From contig JAAOMT010000769.1 in the NCBI GenBank assembly GCA_016748015.1, positions 4,441 to 68,440 of the forward strand: a DNA stretch of 64,000 bases, in the 5' to 3' direction. The notes under the pieces are model-generated. The model was not told the DNA's origin, ran no database searches, and was given only the letters and a program-made list of their open reading frames with translations. Source of the stretch: Geosiphon pyriformis uo1. Its lineage: Eukaryota > Fungi > Glomeromycota. Below, in pieces: positions 52,700 to 64,000 of this stretch (positions are counted from its first letter, which is position 1; every line of letters starts with the position of its first letter). The translations under genes were made by a program, and so were the position numbers.

Positions 52700-54280
52700 A
52701 TATGAGAAAATTTAACATTGCACAAAACAATTTGCACACATCAATCGACTTCTTATGATAATGGAATTGGTACTTCACAAGATCAAAGAAAAGCATATGA
52801 GCTCTATTCAAAAGCTGCAGAGACAGGTAAGATAAAGGTACAATAAAATCTTGCACTTTGTTATGCTAATGAAGAAGGAACGACAAAATTTTTTTAAACT
52901 CTATTCATCAAAAGCTGCAGAGACGAGACATTTAAAGGCACAATTCAATCTTGCACTTTGTTATAACAATGAAGAAGGAACAAAAAAAATCAGAAAAATC
53001 ATTTGAACTCTATTCAAAAGCAGCAGAGGCAGTGATACAAATGCACAATACAATCTTGCACTTTGTTATGCTAATGAATGGGGAATGACAAAAAATTCAG
53101 AAAAAGCATTTGAACTCTATTCAAAAGCAGCAGAGGCAGTGATACATATGCACAATACAATCTTGCACTTTATTATGCTAATGGATGGGGAACGACAAAA
53201 AATTCAGAAAAAGCATTTGAACTTTATTCAAAAGCTGCAGAGGCAGGAAGTTTAGTCACAAAAATAGTTCATGGTACATATTACTGAAAACAAATAGAAA
53301 TAACAAAAGATCTGGAAATCCGAGTCTACAAAGGAGTATCGAAATATATTATCGAAATGGATGGGGAACAGTAAAAAATTTCAAAGAAACATTTGAATTC
53401 TATTTAAAACAGCAGAGGTGGGAAATCAAAACGCACAATATAACCTTGGATGGTGTCAGGAAAATGTATAGGGAATCACAAAAAACCTAGCAAAGCATTT
53501 GAACTCTATTTAAAAACAGTGGAAGTAAATGACCTATGTGATTTTTCTGATTTGAATTTCCATGACTTTACTTTAATGAATCCAGACAATCTGGAATATA
53601 TTATTTTACAATTCCAAAATCGAAGCTTTAAATACCCAGATAATTTAAGAGTAGAACTTTTAGATTTTGAAACTTTCTTTCATCAGCTTTCAGATGAATT
53701 CAAATGTTTTAAATGTGGCAACCTGGGGCATAATCATTAATGGATCTGCTATATGTCCATTTTGTGAATTTTCATGATTATCAAAGATTTGGAACAAGCA
53801 GAAATGATAATATTGATCCATATATATAATATACACAGTGTAGTTCTGAAAACTGCGGAGGCGGCCTGAGATTGATTTCTTCTAACGAGATTATATATTT
53901 AAATCAGGTAGAAGCGGGAGTATTTGGTATTTTTAAAGAAGATGGATGAGGACAAGAAAATTCAAAAGTATGAACGAACTGGGGTTACAAAAGTTAAAGT
54001 ATCTTAAAAATAGTCAAAATATAAAATATATTAATTCAGATGAGGTATTTCCTTTTAAGAAATCTATGTAATTTTTATTATCCCTATTTCTTTTCTAACA
54101 CTAAAAATTGTATTTTTATAGTTTATTGCGCATCATAAAAATGCCGCTTGCAAATACATCCTTGAATGCTATGGAATAACTAAAGATGTTACAACCGATG
54201 GATTTGTTATGGTTTTACCATTTGGGGAACACGGGAACCTCAGAGCTTTTCTCAAAATGAACGAAAACACTCTTACTTCG
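52700..54280 (+). pseudogene. Sel1-repeat + truncated kinase pseudogene
   Basis: About 7 Sel1-like units ([33 protein letters not shown]) with frameshifts; CFKCG...CPFC; kinase N-lobe ILECYGITKD...FVMVLPFGEHGNLRAFL, cut off at ~54280. Confidence 0.85.
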
Positions 54281-54307
54281 TCATATTGTTGCCTAAATGA
54301 GCTGTGT

Positions 54308-56997
54308 ACAATTTCTTTTTATAACAACAGCAACAACAACAATAACAGCAATAAGATGATTTAGGCTTCGTTTGAAGCATAAAATATACCGTATTGCTAA
54401 AAATTCTTTGTGCACCAAAAACAGAGAAGTTTATTAACAACCGATTTTAATTCTTTAGATATTACTCTAACCTTCTTTTATGCTTATTCCTATTTATTAA
54501 TGTAGAAGAAAATTTGGGGTAAAACCAATCTTAAGTTAAATCAATAGTATAATAACGATATTATTTACTATTAACAAGATTAAAGAAATTAATAAACACG
54601 CTTATTTTATCATTGATATTGCATTTAATACTATTGATAAACAAGTGGATTAAAGTTTCGTATTGTTCTTAAAATCCGATTTGCCAATCTAGAAAAATAC
54701 ACTTTTGTTCATGATCTTGAAGATGTAAATTGAATGTTTGCTATGGATGCTTGAATTAATGTTTTTCATTTGGATGTTGATAAATGAAAATTTATTTTTC
54801 AGCTATAAAGAGAATCATAGTGTTTGCACCTGAGTTATTATGTCTAAAATTGTTTCATATTATTGTTCTAATACTCTTTCAAGTGACCTTTGTTAGAAAT
54901 ATACATGATAAGAATTAAATGCATAAATGCCAAAGCAATATATTGAAATGTTTCTAAGAAACCATCATTTTCAGTTCAGTAGATTTACTAATTGTATAGC
55001 CTCAGTTTTGTAGACTTCACTGTAATAATTAATATAATCTGCCCTACAAACTCTTTCTTAAGACTTGGATCCAAAAAAATATTTTATAAAAATATATTTC
55101 AATAAATTTAATACTAATTTATATTAAATCAAATTATACGATTTCAAAAAGTTATTTCTAAATTATAATTAAAACATAAATTATTGTTAATCCGAGAAAA
55201 ACGCTACAAAAAAATAAAAACTGGCATGTATTATACTTATTTCATTCATTTTAAATGCTTTCTTGAGATTTTTTACACAAAGAGTAATAATAAATTGTTT
55301 TTAGACGAGATTTTGAATCTAAAAAATATTCATAGTTTGAATAAAAAATAAAAATAAATAGTTTATTGTTTTAAAAATCGTTTTTTCAAACCCTTTATTA
55401 AAATAATTTTTGAAAACAATTTTTTAAAAGCAGAGATTATATTTATGTTTTTTTTATATTTACATAGTTTTAAAAATTAATTAGCAATATTATTCTTTAA
55501 TAAACAGGTTGCAGTAAGTATAGTACACAAAGATGTTACACAAATATTTTGTTTCATTGTCATGTTATCTAAAAAAGTAGCTTGACTTTTTTCTGAATCA
55601 AACATTTATTGAATGAGCTGAATATGCACAGACTCTCTCCAATATAAATGAGCTGTGAAAAAACTGCAATACACTGGATGCTATAAAAATTAAAATATTT
55701 ATTTAAAAAATAAAATAATATTTGTTATTTTAAGAAATATATTTTATTTACTTTTGGCCATGTAAAATCTGTTCATAATAATCAGAGGCTCATTTTTTTT
55801 TGCTTGACATCAACATTAAATAAATACGAATTAATTAATTATTCAAATTATTTTGAGAAATATTTTAATTTATTTATTTAATTAAATAAAGTAAGAAACT
55901 TTCACACTAATCTTAGAACAATAAAAAGCTATAAAGCTGATTTTCGAAATAATTTTAGCATTTTTTTTGGTAATTCCTTTTTTTTTGAAATTTTTCAAGA
56001 AACTCAATAATTAATTTCTTTATTAATTAATTAAATAATTTTTAAGATAATTTTTTTGCAATTAATAATATAATTCGCATGTACTTTCAATAATATTTAC
56101 AAAATATTGTGATTTTGATAATTTCATTTGATATTTAAGAAAACAAAATAATATTTAAAAATTACCAATAACTATATATTCAATAATTGAAAAATGACAG
56201 ATTTTTATTGCATGAAATTTGTTAAAATAAACTATAATTCTTAAATAAATAAATAAAACATAAATTTAAGCCTTTTTATTATTACTCATTTGTTTAGATA
56301 TTTTTTGACTTTATAAGCAACATTTATTATAACATCAAAAAACAAAAAAAAATTGTTAATTTGATACCTTTTTAGTAAAAGCAACATTGTCAAGTATAAT
56401 CAATAAAAGTGCTTTTCGCACTTTTAATGAGAATATTTTTGTGAATCCAAGTTTTTAAGTGAAGTTTGTAGCGCGGATTATCTTAATTCTTACAGTAAAG
56501 TCTATATGACTAAAAAAAACGGCATGCAAAACTGAGGCTATAAAATTGGTAAATCTACTGAACCTAATGGTTTCTTAGAACCATTTCAACAAATTGCTTT
56601 AGCATTTATGCATTTCATTCTTATCATGTATATTCCTAACAAAGATCACTTGAAAGAGTATGATGAACGATAATGTGAATCTATTTTTAAACATAATAAC
56701 TCGGGTGCAAACACCATGATTCTCTTATAGGTGAACAATAATTTTCATTATCAACATCCAAGTGAAAAACATTAATTCAAGTATCCATAGCATACATTTA
56801 ATTTATATCTCAAAGATTATGAACAAAAGTGTATCTTTCTATGTTGGCAAATCGGATTTTAAGAATAAAAGCGGTTGTTAATAAACTTTTCTGTTTTGGT
56901 GCACAAAGAATTTTTAATGATTTTTAGCAATATGGTATCTTTTCTGCTTCACACGAAGCCTAATTCGTGTTATTGTTATTGTTCTACAAAGAAATTA
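54308..56997. repeat. Inverted repeat pair (~54308-55011 / ~56527-56997) with ~1.5 kb spacer
   Basis: E.g. tatagcctcagttttg (~55000) vs caaaactgaggctata (56527), and aaaatccgatttgccaa vs ttggcaaatcggatttt. The left copy has a ~210-bp insert (~54455-54665). Confidence 0.88.
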
Positions 56998-57222
56998 AAT
57001 ACCTATTTAGCATGATTTGTAGCGAATCACAGTCTGATGAATAAGGTTAATAAATCGATTGTTTAGACTATGCGAACATAGAGAAACAATATTAATAAGA
57101 ACTCGCATTTTAGACAAATTATTTTCTAAAGGTATTCTCAAATAAAGCTTTTAAAAAGAAACCTTTTTCGAATAATAACCTATTTACTTTTTATCCTTTA
57201 TCCTTTGCTCTTTATCCAAATC

Positions 57223-58790
57223 ATGGAAAACAAAGAAATTAATAAATATCGTCCAGAAGTTCATGATTGCAACGAGTGTGAAAAATGTCAAGAGAGTATT
57301 AAAAATAATAATAATAATTATTGTAGTGCATGCCAATTCATATTTTTTGAAAAACTTTACAAAGACTTTTCAAGTGGCAATCAAATAGTTGATGAAACAA
57401 TTAAGAATCCAATGTATATTCCACCTAATGAAGATGAACATAGAATATATAATGGTGAATTGAATTACTATGAATGGATTCCATGGGAACGGTTGTCGAA
57501 TATCAACGAAATTGCTAAAGGAGGGTTCGGTATAATCTATAAAGCAACCCTAATTGATGGATTAATTGATGTAAGAAGTATAAAGCATCATGGTTCAATG
57601 GAACATGAAAGAAAGGGAGGGAAGAAAGTAGCTATAAAAATTATAAAAATGGACAGTGAAGAAGTGTTCAAAGAGGTAAACAAACTATTATTATTTACAT
57701 TTATATTTATATATTAATTTTTATTTCTTCACTGTATATTATCTATTTACTTTTTACACTATTTGTAGTTAAATATTCAAAGAGCTATGTTTATTAAGAA
57801 TCGGTCTTTAAGTGCTCTTGTCTCTAAAATGTATGGGATTACGCAAAACGCTGCAACACTCGAGTATGGTATTGTTATGGAGTTTGCCGAACATGGAGAC
57901 ATGCGAAAATATTTATCAAAAAATTTTCATTCTATGAGTTGGGAATATAAATTATTCATCGCGCGTTTTATAGCTTCTGGACTTGATTCAATTCATTCTT
58001 CTGGTATGGTTCATCGTGACCTACACTCGGGCAACATCCTACAATATAAATCTTTTTACTTTAATGCACGAATTTGCGACCTCGGATTATGTCAACCTAC
58101 CAACACAAACCATGAAGCAACAACAACAGAGGAAAAAAAGATATATGGAGTGATTCCATACATTCCACCAGAAGTTTTAAGAGGAGAAAAGTTTACATTG
58201 GCCGGTGATATTTATAGTTTTGCCATGTTATTATGGGAATTAGCAACAGGAAAGCCTCCTTTTCATGATCGTTCTCATGATCACTTTCTTATAATGGATA
58301 TTTTAAATGGTCAAAGACCTAAGATTACTTCCCCACTTATTCCACTTTGTATTGCCGAAATAATTGAAAAGTGTTGGGATGCTAATCCTGAGAATCGTCC
58401 TAGTGTGAAAGAAGTTCGACAGAAGTTGGTTAAACTTGAGGATAATAATTTCGAGTTTTTAGAATCAGATAAATACGTGAAAGAAATGGTAAAGAACGAT
58501 TCTACAACAACAACAACAACAACAAAAAGCATTCATCCAGGAGCAGTTTATACAAGTCGTGTTTTGACTGCAAAGATCGTTGATTTTTCAAAAGGTTAGT
58601 TTATATTGATTAATTCATTGATTTAATCATTATACAGTATATTACAATTTTCTATCCATTATACTTTATAAAAGAATTAGTGTTTTTGCCTGAAGGTAAG
58701 AAGTTACATTAATCATTAATCATTAATGCAACTTATTTTCTTGTTTAACGGTATTTCTTTTATTATAAATTATATTTAGATGACTTTTAA
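57223..58790 (+). CDS. Intact TKL-like protein kinase (K3), 4 exons: 57223-57675, 57769-58594, 58675-58695, 58780-58790
   Basis: AKGGFG, VAIK, HRDLHSGN, CDLG, GVIPYIPPE, DIYSF and CWDANPENRP motifs. The frame is preserved across GT-AG introns. Confidence 0.9.
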
Positions 58791-60920
58791 TACATCTAGA
58801 AAAGGATTTCTTAAAGGCGGAGTTTGATTTATATTATTTATATACTAACAAATCAATTAATAGAAATCATTTACCCTTTCATCAAACTATTATAAAATAA
58901 TCAAAATCAATATAGACATCAGAGATATTTGAAATTTAAACGTGATTTTGACGTCTAAAAAAGTTCTATTGTCCTTCTTTTAATCACCGAAAATTACTTC
59001 ATAAATTTATTTTATTAATAATTAAACGTCGGTAGCTTTATCCCTAAACTTTCGGATCATTAAAAATCTCTTATCAAATTAGCCCTAATTTATCATCTTT
59101 AGAATTATTCCTCGGGCATTACAATATCATTTAAAAAAAATAATATTTGATGTTTCAGTTAAAAATTTTCAAGTTATTGTTTCACTTTTATCTCAAGAAA
59201 TTAATTAAATTATAGTTTTTAAAAAGCCAAATGGGTTTAAGAATTTTCACTGGTTTTTGATTATTTATATGATCTTTTAAAAATTCAGTATTTTTAAAAA
59301 ATGTTACAAAATAACATATGTGCAATTAATTAATTAAGAGAGTTTAGACTTGAGAATTTAATGTGCATAAATTGATTATTAACTTTTATTTTTTATAGAT
59401 TTGATATAAAAGCTAATAATTTAAATCTTAAATCTAATAAAGAAGTTCTTTGATTGTTAAATATATTGTTAATAAAGTAAAATATGTAGTGCTGCTTAAA
59501 AATTTTGTTGTTTTTTCAAATGAACATAATAGATAGATAAGCTTTTCAACTTTTTTTATTTATTTAAAATCAAAAATAAAATAGTTAATTTATTCCTATT
59601 TTGATAAATTTTTCAATTATTTTTACATTGTATTGCTTTATACAATGCCTTAATTAAGTGTTTCAAATTAATAAGTTTTTTCAAAACTTTTAAAATTAAG
59701 CTTTACTAAGTGGTAACATCTTAAATTGGTACAAAAATTCTTTTGTTAGATTTAAAGCTCTTTAATTTAAAAAAATGAGCCTAATATTTATTATAATAAA
59801 TAAGAAATAAATTATGAGCTTTATACAGGTAAAAAAAAATTTAATATTAAAACAATTATTTAAACTATTCGAAATTGTAAGGTAAATAGTATATGTAAAA
59901 CAAAAAATAAATTTGATATTTATATCTTGAAATACTTTAAAAATTTTGTATTATTGTTTATAGCTCTGTGAATAATTTTATTATATAAATTAATTATCTT
60001 TTTATTAAATATATACAAAAGTTTTATGACAATATTTTTTTTAAATAATCATATAGTATTTTTTTAATTGTAAATAAGACTTTATATAATTAAAAATTTT
60101 TGGTTAACTAATAAATTGTAATACCAATATATAATTAGTAAAAACAGTTTAATAATTGATAATAAAATGGCTTTTTTTATAATATTATTAAGTAATTTAA
60201 CTAGTTATTATCTTGTAAATTTAATATTTTATCAAATAAGTAATTTAATTATTATATTATAAAATAGTTTATAATTAAGATATAGTAAATAACAAAATGT
60301 TTTTAAATTTCATGTTTTCTAATAATACAAATAACTATAAATTATTTATAATAAATTTAAGCAATTAAAAATTAATATATTCTTGTTTTATTACAAAAAA
60401 GACTTAATCTTATTCTATAATTGTTGTATGTTGTCTATTGAAGTGGTTTTAGTTTTTAGGTAAAATAGTTTTGTTTTTTTATAATCAAATATACTTTGCA
60501 AAATAATAAGCATAAGATAATAAAGTATTAAAAAATAAAATTGTGAATATTTAATAATACTATATATTCAAATTTTTTTATTTTTATTGTATTTAAACTA
60601 ATAATAAATTTAACTAATATTAACTCTTATTTTATTTTATTATTTAATTATAATTTATTGGCTTATAAGTTAATATTGTACTTTGGTAAATAATTTTAAA
60701 AGTTTTAATAAATTTGAAGTTTTAACAATTAAGTTGTAATAATTAATAATATTTAGTGGTTGATTTTTTTGACATATTAACGAGTTTATTTTGGTGTTTA
60801 TTACTTTTTTGATATGTATTTTAATATTTAACAAGTTAATTTTATGTTTATTTTTGTATTTTTTACCAGACAATTTTTAATATTGTAATTTTAATGTTTT
60901 TTGTAATTAAATATTATATA

Positions 60921-60950
60921 CAACAAAACAAAACAAAACAAAACAAAAAT
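60921..60950. repeat. (CAAAA)n microsatellite
   Basis: Direct read. Confidence 0.75.
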
Positions 60951-62944
60951 AAATAAAATAATAATAATAAATAAAAAATTAATATTTTGTTAATAACTAT
61001 AATCAAAACTATTGTTTTAGTGCTGTTAGATTCTTTAAATAGGTGTTATTAGTATTAGTTTTTTTTAATAAACTAAGTATTAATAATAAGTAATTTCAAC
61101 AAAATAAATATAAGTTCATGAAATTTGAAATTAAATATTGAATAATAACTTTAATTTTATTAAAATAGACTTTATTTTAAGTACTAAATTTTTTAATTGC
61201 TGAAAATACTTAATAAAAATCAAATTTTAATGATAAAAAATTTTTTTTTTGCTTTTAATATTACTGCTATATATATACATAAATCTTTGTAATATAAAAT
61301 TCCTAAATATTTTAGTGATTTTTACACTTTTTGAGTTATTGCTAGAATTTTTAATATTATATTATCTACTAACTTTTAATATTTAATTGGTTATTTATTC
61401 TATATATTTTTTCTTTATTATTTTATAAATAATACTGGTTAAAAATTTTTAAGTAATTAACAAATAAAGTTTTAACTAGTTAGAAGCATTAATTTAAACA
61501 CTTCAGAAAAATAGTGTTTTTTTTAAAATTTTTTAAATAATTTACATTAAATTATACTTAATGTATAAAAAATTGTGCTTGGTGGTTTGTAAACAAAGAT
61601 AAGGCAAAATATAATAATTATAATTATAATTTGACAAGATCATTTTGTAAAGAATACTTTGTATGATTTTTTTTGTAATTCTTATAGTGAAAATTGATTA
61701 TTTTAAATTCCAATAAAAAATATATATATATAATCATATTTTAATAAAAACTTAATTAAAAAATAAATTAAACTTGATAATCAATTTTCTTTAAATACTC
61801 TGTTTTTAATTAATTTAGAAATATAATTGATTGAAAAAAAATATAAAAAGAAATTAACAGATATTTTTTCAATTTTAAACCCTATTTTTTTAATTATTTT
61901 TTTTCTAAAAATCAATTTTTTTACTTGATTTCTAAAATTATTAAATATTAGTTTTTTTACCATTTAATTGAAAATTAATTAATCATATTTTGAAATCAAA
62001 TACTTGCAATTTATTAAAATTTATTATTAAAATTTAGAATTCATATAGTTATTATATTTTTTAAATTAAATTATTATTAAAAATACTTGTATTTGCATTT
62101 TTTTGAAAATTTTTGTATTAACATCTTTAAAATTTTGATGAAAAAAGTTAATAAAAAAATATTTAGAATATGATAAAACCTGCTTTTAAATACCAGAATC
62201 TCAAATTAATCATAATAAAATTAGTCAAAAATTATAAATATTTTAATATACAAAGTGATGTTTATTGCCATTTATGATTTTCAAATTATCAAGCGTTTAT
62301 GAATTTACAAGCTTATAATTTACTTAATTTTATTTTAAGATAAATCAGTATTCGAAATTTCAACTTAATAAATAAAATTTTAAAAAAGAATTTGTTTTTA
62401 TTAGAATTTATCAATTATTGATAAAACTTGAATCATTCTCAAATATTAGTATTTTTAAAAATATATTTTTATTTAGATTTGAAAGAAATATTTTTAACGT
62501 ATATAAATTAATCTAATAAATATTTCTAATAAAAATAAAAATAATTTAAAACATAATAAACGTTATCTAAAATATATCCCTGTTAAAAAGATCAAATTCA
62601 ATCTCATTATAGAATTATTTAAAATAATATGCTTATTACATAAAGAGATGACATGATTATTTTTTTAGTATCTAAATATAATCGATAATAAAAATTATAC
62701 TTTACATGGTTAAATTTAAATTTCTAACTTCATATCTTTAGGGAGAACCCTAAATTTTTTAAATTATAGAAATCGAAACCCAAAGTATGAATTATTGTAA
62801 TATAAATGAGAATATGTGAAATAAATTCATCGAAATCAAACTTTAATAAGAAAAAAATTGAATCAAGATTTAGATAAAAAAAATTGATTGATTAACCTTT
62901 GCTCACCTAACTAAGATGAAGATATTAAAGCATAGAATGGTTAT

Positions 62945-64000
62945 TTAAATTACTATAAATGGTTTCCATGGAAATTTTTGTCGAATATCAACGAAATTAC
63001 TAGAGAAAGATACCCTTATTAAAGGATTAATAAATCTGATAAGTATAAAACATCATTGTTCAATGTAATATAAAATAAGAGGAGATTCAGAACTAGCAAT
63101 AAAAATTATGCCAACGAACGGTTCAAAAGTGTTTAAAGAGGTAAACAAAGTATCAGTATTTATACTATATTTAATTTATATTTACCTATTATTTATTTGC
63201 TGTATATTATTTTTTATTTATATTATCTGTTTACTTTTATACACTGTTAATAGTAAAATGTTCAAAGGGCTATGTTTAATAACAGCAATTCAAGTTGTAT
63301 ATCTTCAAAATTTGGGGTTATGCAAAACGTTAAAACACTCGAGAATGGAATTGTGATGGAGTTTGCCGAACATGGAGACATGCGAAAATATTTATCATTC
63401 TACGAGTCGGTCTATTAAATTAAGGATCGCATCAAATATAGCTACTGGACTTTTTTCAATTCATTCTTCTGGTATGGTTCATCTTGACCTACACACTACA
63501 ATTGACTACTTATGAGGCAAATACCAGTAAACCATGAAGGAACAAAAACAGGAAAAGCAAAAAAGAAAAAAAATATTTATGGAGTGATTCCATACATTCC
63601 ACCAGAAGTTTTAAGAGGAGAAAAGTTTACATTGGCCGGTGATATTTATATTTTTTCCATGTTACTATGGAAATTAGCAACAGGAAAGACTTCTTTTTAT
63701 GATCTTTCTCATGATCACATTATTATAATTGATATTTTAAATGGTCAAAGACCTGAAATTACCTCCACTTATTCCACTTTCTATTGCCAAAATAATTGTA
63801 GAGTGTTGGCATGTTAATTATAAAAACCGTCTTAATGCCAAGGAAGTTGAATAGAAGTTGTTGGGACTTGCGGGTTCAGAGTCCGAGTTTTTAGAATCAG
63901 CTAAATACGTGTTTGAAATGTTAAAGAACGGCACAACAATAACAACAACAACGCCAACGCGCATTCATCCAGGAGCAGTTTATACAAGTCCTGTTTTAAG
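62945..64000 (+). pseudogene. Kinase pseudogene K4 (5'-truncated, internal deletions, frameshifts; runs off window)
   Basis: YYKWFPW, KEV|gtaaac donor, MEFAEHGDMRKY and GVIPYIPPEVLRGE; the catalytic-loop-to-DLG segment is deleted. Confidence 0.85.

Noticed and set aside
52780-53240. Regularly spaced repeats resembling a CRISPR array
   Set aside because: The units are contiguous Sel1 coding repeats without unique spacers, and the context is eukaryotic.
59400-62250. AT-rich, CpG-free block that may be another eroded transposon
   Set aside because: No recognisable motif or termini could be recovered by eye, so it is left unannotated.

Overview
Eukaryotic, very AT-rich, intron-containing DNA that looks like a repeat-rich early-diverging fungus (Glomeromycotina/Mucoromycota-like, inferred from the TKL-type kinases, Sel1 repeats and RNase-H-bearing LINEs). 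The dominant structure is a giant inverted duplication: 1..~21105 is the reverse complement of ~31775..51510, and the outer end lies beyond the left edge of the window. It encloses a ~10.7 kb unique island with four intact-looking genes: UBAP1/UMA-UBA-like, RPL19, a low-complexity protein and a UAS-UBX protein. Each arm carries a different full-length LINE (2647-9395 and 35506-42257), each with a TSD and with the empty site preserved in the other arm. Each arm also holds a Ty3/Gypsy relic eroded by C>T/G>A changes, a kinase pseudogene, and a conserved GC/CpG-rich 38-bp palindrome with adjacent CACGTG motif(s) that has escaped the CpG loss around it. The right end has a Nextera/Tn5 adapter junction (assembly artefact, 52474-52531), a Sel1-kinase pseudogene, a smaller inverted repeat, one intact kinase and one more kinase pseudogene. 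Three N-gaps sit in or next to the repeat arms, so the large-scale architecture needs long-read confirmation.
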